Counted from the stretch's first letter, positions 19,411-28,587 are shown. The stretch: DNA of 45,753 nucleotides from an uncultured Candidatus Saccharibacteria bacterium (GCA_964616145.1 CAZTRD010000004.1:17777-63529); one strand, 5' to 3'. Notes: generated by a model not told the origin, from the letters alone. Numbers and translations: made by a program.

Positions 19411-20065
19411 CAACCCTACTTTAGCAAATCTTTTGGATGTCGTATTAAAGGAGAACTCTTTAAATACAAATGCTATAAATACACATGCATATCCCCTAGA
19501 ATCTTCTTTCTGGAAGCAGAAAGTTAAATTTTGGGGAATAGCTGACGATGGCTTTATAGCTGCCATAGAAGATTCTCCAAAAATATTTGTGATATATTTG
19601 AACGGGGTTTTACTAAAAGATAGGTTACTCTATTCAAATGCATTTCAGTTCTCTATAAATGTTTATGAAATTTCTTTATTAAAATTTATAGAACTATCCT
19701 CTAAAAGATTTACTAATCTGTTCGGTATATCTACAAATTTTGGTACTGAAGAAGAGATATTAGCAAATACAAAAATAGATGTGTTAGTTGCTTTAAGGCC
19801 TTGTACAATCCCCAGTATTCAACATCCTGTGTTTTACGGGTTTAGTAGATATAAAAATAATAATATAAAAGTAATACACACATTTTTATATAGACCCGCC
19901 TATGTTATAAAGTCTAAAAGAAAATTATGGAGGTTATTTAACGAATTTGAGGATATTAAGAAGAAACCTGAAGAATATAATTTTATATTTAAGATAGGAA
20001 ATCTTGAAAAAATGTTGGAGTATATGAAAGAATTTAAAGCAGAAATATCGGTTAAAGCGCTGTAA
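19388..20065 (+). CDS. hypothetical protein with shared C-terminal tail (...KAEISVKAL)
   Basis: 225-aa ORF. Confidence 0.8.
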   Translation: MKQLKLYNNPTLANLLDVVLKENSLNTNAINTHAYPLESSFWKQKVKFWGIADDGFIAAIEDSPKIFVIYLNGVLLKDRLLYSNAFQFSINVYEISLLKFIELSSKRFTNLFGISTNFGTEEEILANTKIDVLVALRPCTIPSIQHPVFYGFSRYKNNNIKVIHTFLYRPAYVIKSKRKLWRLFNEFEDIKKKPEEYNFIFKIGNLEKMLEYMKEFKAEISVKAL

Positions 20066-20081
20066 AAACAAAGGACGCAAA

Positions 20082-21278
20082 ATGGAAATTAATCACAAAG
20101 AGTTGGCGGAGTTCATTCGTAAAGCAGTATCTACAAAATGTTCTTTATTCATTCACGGGACCACGGGGATTGGAAAGTCGTGGACAGTGGTTGAAGAAGC
20201 TAAAGCTTTAGCAGCTAAAGCGGGAAAGATATTCGTAGATTGGAATAGAATAATTGATACAGAAAAGCAGAAATTTATTGATGGAGGAACTTTTATAGAA
20301 AACGGGAAGGAAGTTAAACTTTCAGCCGAAGAATTTAGAGAGAAACACTACATCCTAGTAGATATTAGAATAAGTCAAATGGATCCTTCAGATCTTAGAG
20401 GACTTCCAAACTTTGCCGGAAACACTGGATATGTATCTTGGAAACCTAATATGGATTTCTGGGTTTTATCCCGTCCCGAAACCTCTGGAATATTGTTTTT
20501 GGATGAGATGAATCTTGCTCCGCCAGCAGTACAGGCCGCAGCTTATCAAATCATCAGAGATAGATGTATTGGACAAGTTGCTTTAAGTGAGCGTACTGGG
20601 GTTATTTCTGCCGGAAATACTGCGAACGATAGGGCCAATGTGTTTGAAATGGCAGCGCCTCTTAAAAATAGATTCATGCACGTAGAACTCAAAATCCCCA
20701 GTGCTGAAGAATGGGCTGGAAATTTTGCATTCGATCACGATATTGATCCTAGAATTATCTCCTTCCTTAAATTCAGACCTTCTCTGCTGATGGCTGGTGA
20801 AAAGATTATCCAAGATTCTAAAACAGCTGCTTTTCCAACTCCTAGAACTTGGGAAATGACGTCGAGGATGATTGATAGCGTTTCAGATCCACGTAAGGCT
20901 AGTCTATATTCCAGTGCCTGTATTGGTGAAGCCAGTTCTAGAGAATTTAAGACATTTATGCTTATGCACGATACCATAAATGTTGAAGATGTTCTTGCTA
21001 AGCCGGCTCTGATAAAGGAAATGGACTTGCAAGCTAAGTGGGTTCTTGTTTCTGCGGCCGCTGAAAGATACAAGGCTGGTAAAAGAAATATAAAGGAAGT
21101 TATTGATCTATGTACTATTTTAAATACTGCGGATAAAGATTTTTCTATTTCTCTGTTAAGGATGGCTAAGAACTATAACAAAACTGGATTTCTACCTTCT
21201 CTAAGAAAACATCCGGAAGCTATGGACATGGTCGGCGAGTATTTGAAATATCTCCGTGATCCAAACAGTGCTGTATAA
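20082..21278 (+). CDS. MoxR-like AAA+ ATPase
   Basis: Walker A GTTGIGKS, DLRGLP, Walker B LFLDEMN, sensor AGN, LKNRF Arg finger, PTPRTW. Confidence 0.92.
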   Translation: MEINHKELAEFIRKAVSTKCSLFIHGTTGIGKSWTVVEEAKALAAKAGKIFVDWNRIIDTEKQKFIDGGTFIENGKEVKLSAEEFREKHYILVDIRISQMDPSDLRGLPNFAGNTGYVSWKPNMDFWVLSRPETSGILFLDEMNLAPPAVQAAAYQIIRDRCIGQVALSERTGVISAGNTANDRANVFEMAAPLKNRFMHVELKIPSAEEWAGNFAFDHDIDPRIISFLKFRPSLLMAGEKIIQDSKTAAFPTPRTWEMTSRMIDSVSDPRKASLYSSACIGEASSREFKTFMLMHDTINVEDVLAKPALIKEMDLQAKWVLVSAAAERYKAGKRNIKEVIDLCTILNTADKDFSISLLRMAKNYNKTGFLPSLRKHPEAMDMVGEYLKYLRDPNSAV

Positions 21279-21292
21279 TTGAAGTATATTTT

Positions 21293-21316
21293 AGGGGAGG
21301 ATTAACCTCCCCTTTT
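21293..21316 (+). terminator. Rho-independent terminator-like hairpin between the ATPase and vWA genes
   Basis: AGGGGAGG-ATTAA-CCTCCCCT followed by TTT. Confidence 0.7.
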
Positions 21317-21333
21317 GCAAAAGGAGATTAACT

Positions 21334-22629
21334 TTGTTAGACACTTATGAAAGCATGAACGGAATTGATAGGATAATACGTGCCAAAGTCCAGCTTCAGG
21401 AGAAGCAGCCTTTCTTTTCATATTTGATGATGAATATGCGAATAATTCAAGACGATGCCATACCGACTATGTGCGTAGATAATTGTGATAGAATAACTTT
21501 TAATGAACAGTTTGTTAGAGGGATGTCTGAAGCCGAGCTTACTGGAGTTTTATGTCATGAAATTCTACATAGAGCTTTAAATCATCTAGCTAGAATGTGG
21601 TCTTTAGATATTTTGATGTTAGGTAATATTGCGGCCGATATTAAAGTAAACCAGATGCTCCTCCAAAATGGATTTAAACTTCCGGAAGGTGTTTTGATAC
21701 CTAATGCGTATGACAAAGCCATTAGAGTGCAGGCTGGTGAAAAATCAGTTACTGTTAGTGATTTAGATACTAAATCCATGGAAGAGATATACGAAGAAAT
21801 AAGATATGTTCTTAAGGATGAAATACAGGAACAACAAATAACTACACTTAATGGAACGCGAATGTCCGGATCTCCGGGAGGATTCGATCAACATGGACGG
21901 GCTTCAGACGACGATGTTGCAAAACAGGGGGAGGAAACTTCTGCGGAAAATAATCCAGGAGAACTTTCTGAAAAATGGAAGGATTTAGTTTCTCAGGCAG
22001 CTACACTAGCTAAGCAGAAGGGAAATGTTCCAGCAGGTTTGGAAGGATTGATAGGGGAGCTTTTAGCTCCTAAAATTCCTTGGAGACAAAAACTATATAG
22101 GTTTATGACGAATGAGATATTTCATAATTTTAGCTGGGCACGTCCTTCTAAGAAAAGCATGGCTATTGGAGTGTATCTCCCTACCGTAACTAAAGAAAGT
22201 ATAGAGATGGTATGCCACACAGATACTTCCGGGTCCATATCCGATATTGAAATGCAGACGTTTATGACAGAATTATATTCTATACTAAATGCTTTTAATA
22301 ATATTAATATGACTTTATTGATGTGTGATTGTGAAATTAAGGGAGAACCTATAGAACTGAATGCGCAGAGTAAAGTTGATATAGTTAACGGAAATATAAA
22401 GAGAAGAGGATATGGTGGAACTTCCCACGCTCCAGTAGTAAAGTGGATAAATGAAAACAAACCTAACTGCAGGTTATTCATATCTTTAACCGATGGTTAC
22501 TCAGACATAGAAAATTGTTATAAAGATCTTCCTTCTTCGACTACCAGAATAATCTTACTTCCTAAAGAATATAGTGGAATGGATACACGCTTAAATGCTT
22601 ACGGAGAAATTATTATCGTAGATGATTAG
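21334..22629 (+). CDS. metallopeptidase-like plus vWA domain protein (DUF2201-type), MoxR partner
   Basis: HEILH HExxH, NIAAD, MIDAS DTSGS, GGT, TDGY; AAGGAG RBS before TTG. Confidence 0.9.
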   Translation: MLDTYESMNGIDRIIRAKVQLQEKQPFFSYLMMNMRIIQDDAIPTMCVDNCDRITFNEQFVRGMSEAELTGVLCHEILHRALNHLARMWSLDILMLGNIAADIKVNQMLLQNGFKLPEGVLIPNAYDKAIRVQAGEKSVTVSDLDTKSMEEIYEEIRYVLKDEIQEQQITTLNGTRMSGSPGGFDQHGRASDDDVAKQGEETSAENNPGELSEKWKDLVSQAATLAKQKGNVPAGLEGLIGELLAPKIPWRQKLYRFMTNEIFHNFSWARPSKKSMAIGVYLPTVTKESIEMVCHTDTSGSISDIEMQTFMTELYSILNAFNNINMTLLMCDCEIKGEPIELNAQSKVDIVNGNIKRRGYGGTSHAPVVKWINENKPNCRLFISLTDGYSDIENCYKDLPSSTTRIILLPKEYSGMDTRLNAYGEIIIVDD

Positions 22630-22638
22630 GGGATTTTT

Positions 22639-22983
22639 ATGAAAATGGGTTTGTTCGCCTCAATATTTCCCCCAATCTTCATAGGAATGGGGGAATTTTT
22701 AAAAAATAGAATTCCTGAAGATACTAAAAAGCACCCCCTATTAGAATTATATAAACACGATAATCAACCATGTTCTGTGTGGAAGGTGGGTGATAAAGAA
22801 TTATTCGGATGTGAGTGCGCCATGCTTAGTGAAGAAGAAACTGAAAGTTTACTCAAATCTGAAAAGGATATAAAGTTTATAACTATAGAGATGTTTTTAA
22901 AATTACAGAAAGAGGTATTTGGTGGAGAAGGGTCTATAGATATGTTTTTAAAATTACAGGAGGTGCTTAGTGGAGAAGGGTAG
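22639..22983 (+). CDS. hypothetical protein with internal duplicated C-terminal repeat
   Basis: IEMFLKLQKEVFGGEG / IDMFLKLQEVLSGEG. Confidence 0.7.
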   Translation: MKMGLFASIFPPIFIGMGEFLKNRIPEDTKKHPLLELYKHDNQPCSVWKVGDKELFGCECAMLSEEETESLLKSEKDIKFITIEMFLKLQKEVFGGEGSIDMFLKLQEVLSGEG

Positions 22984-23215
22984 GTTATTTATACAGATTC
23001 AATCTTCCGAAGAAGCTGGAAATTGTATAAAACTGTTTTCTAGAGATTATGATTATAAAGATCTTTTATCCAAAGTAGATACGGCTTATAGAGAGATGAG
23101 TGCCGGAGATTTAAATCACTTTTCGTTTGAAGATAAGAAAGGATGCACGCATTTTCTTGGGGATTCCGCTTTTAGGAATGCACATATTTGGGTGCAGAAA
23201 GTATTAGATGATTAA
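22970..23215 (+). CDS. hypothetical protein
   Basis: GTG start after AGGAGG. Confidence 0.75.
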   Translation: MEKGRLFIQIQSSEEAGNCIKLFSRDYDYKDLLSKVDTAYREMSAGDLNHFSFEDKKGCTHFLGDSAFRNAHIWVQKVLDD

Positions 23216-23993
23216 AGTATTGATGGCAACATATCACCGTCCTAAACTTTTAGCTAAAACTTTAAATAGTTTACAGGAAGAGATAGATAAAATTAGAAAA
23301 GCCGATTACGGACGTTTTCAGTTATTTATATTCGATAATAATTCTGGAGAAGAGGTAAGGGGTATGCTGCTCGCATTCCAAAATAAGAATGAAGAGGTCG
23401 CTGTATTATCTTTATCGGATACGAATATTGGAAAAGCTAAAGCTTTAAATTCCTTTTTACCGAATATTGAAGATGATGATATTGTATGTTCGTTTGATAG
23501 CGATTTGGTAATAGAAAATTCTCTTTCCGGAAAGTTTTTTGGAGACGGTGCGGCCCTGTTTACAGATAAATTTTTAAAACATCATCCGGCAAGTGTCATA
23601 GTTCCCGATCAAGTAGGGAATGGTCAACATTTAATAGAAAAGAACTGGTCTCAAACAGCTCCTCCCACCAAATTTTCCAGTCCCTTCGAAGACGCATATG
23701 TAGAATCTGAATTCGGTTTTCATGTTGCCGGCGGTTGTTTATTCACTAGAGGGAGTACTTTTAAAGGTGTGGGGGGATATAGAGAGAATAGAGGTCTGTT
23801 CGGAGGGAATGATGGTTTTTTCCTTCTAGATGCCAGCAGATTCTGTCATCTCCCTATATATGTTATGAGATATTTGATAGTATACCACCCTCCAGATGAG
23901 GATGCCGGCTATGCGGAGTGGAAGAAAAAAGCTCAAGATCAACAGAGAGCGTTTCAACGCTGTTTATCTTATAAAGGATATTATGAATCATAA
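23208..23993 (+). CDS. glycosyltransferase family 2
   Basis: ATYHR, FDNNS, NIGKAKALN, DSD (DxD), GGY..FGGND motifs. Confidence 0.85.
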   Translation: MIKVLMATYHRPKLLAKTLNSLQEEIDKIRKADYGRFQLFIFDNNSGEEVRGMLLAFQNKNEEVAVLSLSDTNIGKAKALNSFLPNIEDDDIVCSFDSDLVIENSLSGKFFGDGAALFTDKFLKHHPASVIVPDQVGNGQHLIEKNWSQTAPPTKFSSPFEDAYVESEFGFHVAGGCLFTRGSTFKGVGGYRENRGLFGGNDGFFLLDASRFCHLPIYVMRYLIVYHPPDEDAGYAEWKKKAQDQQRAFQRCLSYKGYYES

Positions 23994-24055
23994 ATTTTAT
24001 GAAATGATGCACGTTTTAACCAATAAATATTGTAGGAGGGCGTTCAACGGATATA

Positions 24056-24943
24056 TTGTATATGAACGGAGATATACAGGAAATGAAATATTGCACTCAA
24101 CTACGTCCGCACCGTTTTATGCAGGTGTTTCTTTCAACACTTCTTCTGTCGTGTTCAACAACTCAACAACCACCTATTGAAAAACTTAGTGTAACTGTAT
24201 CTTTAAAAGATCAGAAAACTGATTTAGATGCTATTAAAACAGCTGTAACTGAAAATATGGATGGTATAGATAAATGTGCTGGAAATATTGGTAACGAAAC
24301 TGTTTCCGGAGAGAAAAAAGCTCCTAAATTATCTGAGTGGGAAGATATTAGGAAAGATGTTTTAAGTATATTGAAAGGAACCGGGAATACTCGAACAGAA
24401 TTGGATAAAATATCTCCAGTAGGCGAGGCTTTGGATAAAGCTGATTTGGAGATAAACGCTTTGAATACGTATGTAGACGGCTCCGCTCTAGAAATAGAAA
24501 ATTTAAAAATAGATATTAAGACTAAAGAAGATCTAATTAAAGAATATAAGGATGGAGCTGTAACACAGCAGAGAAAGATATGGGTTGGTGTTACGGCTCT
24601 GGCAGCTATAGGGATTGCCGTAGGAATAGCTTTAGCTTTATGGGTTAGTCCTCAACTAGGAATATCTTTATTCATAGCCAGCACCATATTAACTTCAATT
24701 TCATATTGTATGCTTAAATATGAATTTGTGGTTACTATAATTGGAGCTGTGTTATTACTATCTGTTTTTATAGCTTTTATATATATGTTTGTAAAAAATA
24801 GAAAAGCTTTAGTGGAGAGTGTTTTAAGTTTGGAAGTTATGAAAGATAAAAAATGGGAAGATGTTAAGAATAATGTTAAACAAATACAATCAAATTCCAC
24901 TAAAAAATTAGTAAATGAAATAAAAGCCGATAAGCAAATTTAA
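24056..24943 (+). CDS. putative lipoprotein with coiled coil and C-terminal TM helices (spanin-like?)
   Basis: LLLSCS lipobox, coiled-coil middle, about three hydrophobic helices; true start probably 24083 or 24119. Confidence 0.6.
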   Translation: MYMNGDIQEMKYCTQLRPHRFMQVFLSTLLLSCSTTQQPPIEKLSVTVSLKDQKTDLDAIKTAVTENMDGIDKCAGNIGNETVSGEKKAPKLSEWEDIRKDVLSILKGTGNTRTELDKISPVGEALDKADLEINALNTYVDGSALEIENLKIDIKTKEDLIKEYKDGAVTQQRKIWVGVTALAAIGIAVGIALALWVSPQLGISLFIASTILTSISYCMLKYEFVVTIIGAVLLLSVFIAFIYMFVKNRKALVESVLSLEVMKDKKWEDVKNNVKQIQSNSTKKLVNEIKADKQI

Positions 24944-24951
24944 GGATTATT

Positions 24952-25212
24952 ATGTCAACTGTAATGACAGTGGAAGTTTCTAAAGTTGAGGACGGTAAGA
25001 TTTCTATAAATTTTCATAAGGTTAAAAATGGAGAGATTGAGGAAGAGGACGTGAGTCGTAAAATAGTGGATATTCTTAAAAAGAATCTACAATCTTTTAT
25101 ATCCTTTGAAGGATGCTTGATGACGTCAATCCCTTCTATATTTCCACCAACTTCTAAAGATAATAAGAATATTAAATATAATTTAACTGATTTTGAAAAA
25201 CTTGAGGTGTAA
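24952..25212 (+). CDS. hypothetical protein
   Basis: AAGGA RBS, 86 aa. Confidence 0.7.
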   Translation: MSTVMTVEVSKVEDGKISINFHKVKNGEIEEEDVSRKIVDILKKNLQSFISFEGCLMTSIPSIFPPTSKDNKNIKYNLTDFEKLEV

Positions 25213-25213
25213 G

Positions 25214-25411
25214 ATGGGTGAAAAGAAAGCAATAAGATATCCTCTAGAAGCGCATATAGAGTTTGAAGATGGTTGTGTATTCGATAAAACTTTCGAAAAT
25301 TTAGAAGAAATCTCCTGTCCGGATAAATGCGAACACGGTTCAGGTATTAGAAAGATCTTAAAAAGAGCAACTTCTCTCCCTAAATTTTCCGAAGATGTTC
25401 CTACAATTTAA
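25214..25411 (+). CDS. hypothetical protein (possible Zn ribbon)
   Basis: GAGG RBS before ATG 25214; CPDKCEH. Confidence 0.6.
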   Translation: MGEKKAIRYPLEAHIEFEDGCVFDKTFENLEEISCPDKCEHGSGIRKILKRATSLPKFSEDVPTI

Positions 25412-25599
25412 CATATTAAATTTTAGGTGAATTGTGGCATAATACTATGTAGATTGTATACGCTCTTTATCGAATATCTTTCAGCTCTATATTAACATCT
25501 GAAATATAATGTTTCTGAATTTAATATAGAGATTTTTTAGTTACTTGAATCGAAGTAATTACTATTTACTTTGCTTTATATGTATGTTGAAAAGTGTAA

Positions 25600-25671
25600 G
25601 TCCTCATCGTCTAGTGGCTAGGACATTTGGTTTTCGTCCAAATAACGTCGGTTCAACTCCGGCTGGGGATA
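25600..25671 (+). tRNA. tRNA-Glu(TTC), CCA not encoded
   Basis: GTCCTCA/TGGGGAT acceptor; TTTGG-TTTTCGT-CCAAA; TTCAACT T-loop. Confidence 0.9.
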
Positions 25672-25682
25672 AAAAAATATAT

Positions 25683-25754
25683 TCCTCTCGACGCGCAAGG
25701 TGTGCGGCCAGACTGTTAATCTGTGTGAGCTAGGTTCGATCCCTAGGGGAGGAG
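25683..25754 (+). tRNA. tRNA-Asn(GTT)
   Basis: TCCTCTC/GGGAGGA acceptor, CTGTTAA loop, TTCGATC T-loop, G73. Confidence 0.9.
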
Positions 25755-25891
25755 CTGAAAAGGAAAATTTAAGATGAGTTTTTGGGAGTTTTTCGAAAAG
25801 CATTATATAATTGTCTTCATAGCTATGTTTGTGATAGGAGATTTTATAGAAAGAGTTATAAGGAATATAGGTTGTGTTTTAAAGGAGAAGA

Positions 25892-26206
25892 ATGACAAGT
25901 AATCGGTTGGCTATGGATGAAATTATAACTTTACATACAGAATTGTTGGGGATAAAGAAAAAGGTAAATGTTAAGAAAGAAGTTAAGAAAGAAGTTAAGA
26001 AAGAAGAGGTTGATTCAGGTTATATACAAGAAACTTTGGAAGAGATTACGGAAACTTTGACGGGGTTTGCGAAAATTTTGAAGAGTGTAAGGAATATTGT
26101 AGATGAAGTGGCAAACCGTGTATTTGATACAGGGAGAGTAATTTACGATAATACTAAAGAAATTAAGCGTATTGTGGAAATGTTATCTAAGATTCATTCA
26201 AGATAA
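25892..26206 (+). CDS. hypothetical coiled-coil protein, probable paralog of the next gene
   Basis: MTSNRL vs MPTNRL N-termini, ETLEEI vs TTLEDI; AAGGAG RBS. Confidence 0.75.
   Translation: MTSNRLAMDEIITLHTELLGIKKKVNVKKEVKKEVKKEEVDSGYIQETLEEITETLTGFAKILKSVRNIVDEVANRVFDTGRVIYDNTKEIKRIVEMLSKIHSR
25970..26005 (+). repeat. 3 x 12-bp tandem repeat encoding VKKE
   Basis: (GTTAAGAAAGAA)x3. Confidence 0.9.
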
Positions 26207-26236
26207 ATTTAAGAATTGTAATTAAGGAGAAGAAGA

Positions 26237-26641
26237 ATGCCGACCAACAGGTTGACTACGGGAAATTTAATAGCTCTATATAACTGGGCAGGTTCCAACG
26301 AAATTCAAGAAGATTTACGGAACTTGACAGACAGAGAAAATGCTGCTACGGCAGATGAAGCTCTGGGTTTTGTAGTTACCGCAAGCAATATTGCAAAAAT
26401 TAGAGAGTTGTACGATATAAAAAAAAGTCATGTGAAGACTAAGAAAGAAACTGAAACTACTTTAGAAGATATTAAAAAGATATGTGAGTATTTAAATAAC
26501 GGAATGGATGTTATCATAGAGACTTTAGCAGAATTGAGAGGTGATATAAATAAGAATGCTGAATCCAAAATAGTTGTAAGAGGTTCGGGACCAAGCTGTC
26601 CTCAGCCAAGTGGGGACCTTCATGCCTTTATCAGAAGATAA
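26237..26641 (+). CDS. hypothetical protein
   Basis: AAGGAG RBS, 134 aa. Confidence 0.75.
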   Translation: MPTNRLTTGNLIALYNWAGSNEIQEDLRNLTDRENAATADEALGFVVTASNIAKIRELYDIKKSHVKTKKETETTLEDIKKICEYLNNGMDVIIETLAELRGDINKNAESKIVVRGSGPSCPQPSGDLHAFIRR

Positions 26642-26666
26642 AAAAACTGCTGTATAAGTGTAATAC

Positions 26667-26751
26667 GCTGGGGTGGTGTAATTGGCGAAACGCGGTAGCT
26701 TCAAGAGCTATTGGAAGAAATTCCGTAAGGGTTCGAGTCCCTTCCCCAGTA
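26667..26751 (+). tRNA. tRNA-Leu(CAA)
   Basis: GCTGGGG/CCCCAGT acceptor, TTCAAGA loop, long V-arm, TTCGAGT. Confidence 0.92.
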
Positions 26752-26774
26752 TTTTAAAATAAAAGGATATTTAA

Positions 26775-27119
26775 ATGTGGGCATTTTTTGCTGTTTTGGG
26801 ATGGATGTTTTTTGGAGGTCTCCTGTGTGCTATATCTGAAACAGGAGATAGTACTTCGCTTTATGCTAGAATAGCTCCAGCCATTTTAGTGTTTTGGGGT
26901 ATAGTAACTTTATTCGTTATAGTTATCGGAGGAACGATAGCTTACAACAGCAGTAAGACAGAATCTCCAGAAAAATATGTAGAGGAAAGATTTTTCGAAA
27001 CTAAAGAAGCGTACCTATCTCGTAAGAAATTGGAGAAAGAGATTTTAGATCTTAAGAGGAGAGAGGTAATTGCTTTAGAAAAACTTCTAGAGATGAAGAA
27101 GGAATATAAGAATGATTAA
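26775..27119 (+). CDS. membrane protein (2 TM)
   Basis: Two hydrophobic segments then a charged tail. Confidence 0.7.
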   Translation: MWAFFAVLGWMFFGGLLCAISETGDSTSLYARIAPAILVFWGIVTLFVIVIGGTIAYNSSKTESPEKYVEERFFETKEAYLSRKKLEKEILDLKRREVIALEKLLEMKKEYKND

Positions 27120-27297
27120 GGTTTTTTGTGATCGGTGTTCTAAAGAGATTGCAAAACCTACTTTTGCTGAAATTACAAGTTCCCAACATATATGTTCAAC
27201 ATGTGTGTTGGGAGATCATAAAAAACAGCCTAAAAAAGATGTTCCTAAAGAACATTGTTGTATAGGATGTAAAGGTGTTGAAGGAGGTAGTGCATGA
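27112..27297 (+). CDS. small Cys-rich protein
   Basis: CDRC, CSTC, CCIGC. Confidence 0.65.
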   Translation: MIKVFCDRCSKEIAKPTFAEITSSQHICSTCVLGDHKKQPKKDVPKEHCCIGCKGVEGGSA

Positions 27298-27536
27298 AGA
27301 GAATGTTTGTATTGTTATGTGTGCTTTTGATTGGGTGTTCGAATATAAAGAATTTACCTCCAGTTGTGAAGGAAGCTGTTTTAGAAGAGGTAAGTGGGAT
27401 TAAACTTATAAAATATTCGAGTTGGAAAGAAGATGGTAAAACACTTTTCAATGTTATTGGAAAGAAAGATAATAAGAAATATGTGATTACTGTGGATGAA
27501 AATGGAAAACTTTTGAATGTTCATATAGAATTTTAG
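27294..27536 (+). CDS. small lipoprotein (PepSY-like)
   Basis: MKRMFVLLCVLLIGC lipobox; VDENGKLL end; AGGAGG RBS. Confidence 0.65.
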   Translation: MKRMFVLLCVLLIGCSNIKNLPPVVKEAVLEEVSGIKLIKYSSWKEDGKTLFNVIGKKDNKKYVITVDENGKLLNVHIEF

Positions 27537-27542
27537 AAGAAG

Positions 27543-27633
27543 GGAGAGGTAAGTCGAGTTACGGACTAACGACCGCGCTCCTGAAAAGCGTAGGCCCTAA
27601 ACGGGCGTGGGGATTCGAGATCCTCCCTCTCCG
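27543..27633 (+). tRNA. tRNA-Ser(TGA), atypical (C33, enlarged D-loop)
   Basis: GGAGAGG/CCTCTCC, G73, GCGCT-CCTGAAA-AGCGT, long V-arm. Confidence 0.8.
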
Positions 27634-27640
27634 CCTTTTT

Positions 27641-27721
27641 AAAGATCACCAAAAGGAACACCGGTAGGAATCTGTCAGCCTTCCGGATATACCGGGCATT
27701 CCATAAACTGCGGTGATCTTT
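27641..27721 (+). ncRNA. candidate structured RNA
   Basis: AAAGATCACC/GGTGATCTTT closing stem with nested GGAA/TTCC and CCGGTA/TACCGG. Confidence 0.5.
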
Positions 27722-27840
27722 TATCTACAGTGTATCTGCAAATAGCAGAACAGTGTGTGGGATGTGCTTAAATTGGAGCCCCGGGATTTGCTGTTGAATC
27801 AGCAATACTGGCGCTGGGTGGATTAAGCTACCTGTAGATA
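27722..27840 (+). ncRNA. candidate structured RNA
   Basis: TATCTACAG/CTGTAGATA closing stem; TCTGC/GCAGA, GCTTAA/TTAAGC and TTGCTG/CAGCAA helices. Confidence 0.5.
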
Positions 27841-27886
27841 TTACAAAAGAAAAGTAGAATGTACAGGAGAAAGTGAAAATGAGGCC

Positions 27887-28093
27887 ATGAAGAAGGTAGA
27901 TGTTACGGTACAAATGCGGGTAGCGTATATCCCTAGATTCAGAGATATTAAGTACAAAGATGTGGAATTTGGGACTGTTTCATCTATAGGCGAAAAATAC
28001 ATCTATGTCAGATTTGATAAAGACATAAAACAGTTAGGTTGGGAAAGGTGTTGTGGTGAAGCATGTTTTCCCGAAGATTTAATTAAGATTTGA
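27887..28093 (+). CDS. small SH3-like hypothetical protein
   Basis: EFGTVSS...IYVRFD...PEDL pattern; GAGG RBS. Confidence 0.65.
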   Translation: MKKVDVTVQMRVAYIPRFRDIKYKDVEFGTVSSIGEKYIYVRFDKDIKQLGWERCCGEACFPEDLIKI

Positions 28094-28130
28094 AGTATGG
28101 ATTGATCTGCATCATCTAAAGGAAGAAAAA

Positions 28131-28502
28131 ATGAAATCAAATTGGTTTATACCGGGTTATTCTGGAAATTCGCTTATAGCAATAAAAGTCAAAGTCGAAA
28201 AAGAAGTTGGTGATTTTCAGGGGATATGGGTTGATGAACCGATTGGTCATGCTGTGGGTGTGGATGAAATTATAAGTACTCGTAGAAAAGCGGTTGTAGA
28301 ACTAAAGAAAAGAATAAATGAGGCTAGGGCATATGGGGAGGTAGTTATTTCTTCGGATCTTTCCAAATTCAGAAAAGAGCATGAAGCTTTTATTGCCTCT
28401 ACTTGGGAAGAAAATGGACAAAAGTGGTCTGGACTAGGATATACGTTAGAAGATAAGAAAGAGAACGTTGATTGGTTTGGCCCTCAACATATTAAGGCTT
28501 GA
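28131..28502 (+). CDS. hypothetical protein
   Basis: 123-aa ORF with AAGGA RBS. Confidence 0.75.
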   Translation: MKSNWFIPGYSGNSLIAIKVKVEKEVGDFQGIWVDEPIGHAVGVDEIISTRRKAVVELKKRINEARAYGEVVISSDLSKFRKEHEAFIASTWEENGQKWSGLGYTLEDKKENVDWFGPQHIKA

Positions 28503-28587
28503 TGTTTTTGAAGGCGCAGCGAGGGTGGGGCGCGGAGTCCTATACCGGCAACCGGGTTACTAGACCAAAAAAGGAGTAGTAAAAGGT

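Noticed and set aside
23896-24180. + strand ORF overlapping the GT2 and lipoprotein genes
   Set aside because: It overlaps both neighbours substantially and has no recognisable features.
25413-25527. ATATTAAATT/AATTTAATAT inverted repeat as an ncRNA boundary
   Set aside because: All-AT pairing in an AT-rich spacer could be chance, and the inner structure is unconvincing.
25545-25733. Track ORF over tRNA-Glu/Asn, and the N-terminal extensions of ORFs 28987, 31780, 39925, 40614 and 44186
   Set aside because: They overlap clear tRNA genes; where a real gene follows, a downstream in-frame start fits better.
27722-27840. 5S rRNA (similar length, closed ends)
   Set aside because: Lacks the conserved 5S motifs such as CCGAAC in loop C and the loop E sequence.
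28511-28566. GC-rich spacer as an RNA gene
   Set aside because: Only one short CCGG/CCGG hairpin is evident, too little to support a call.
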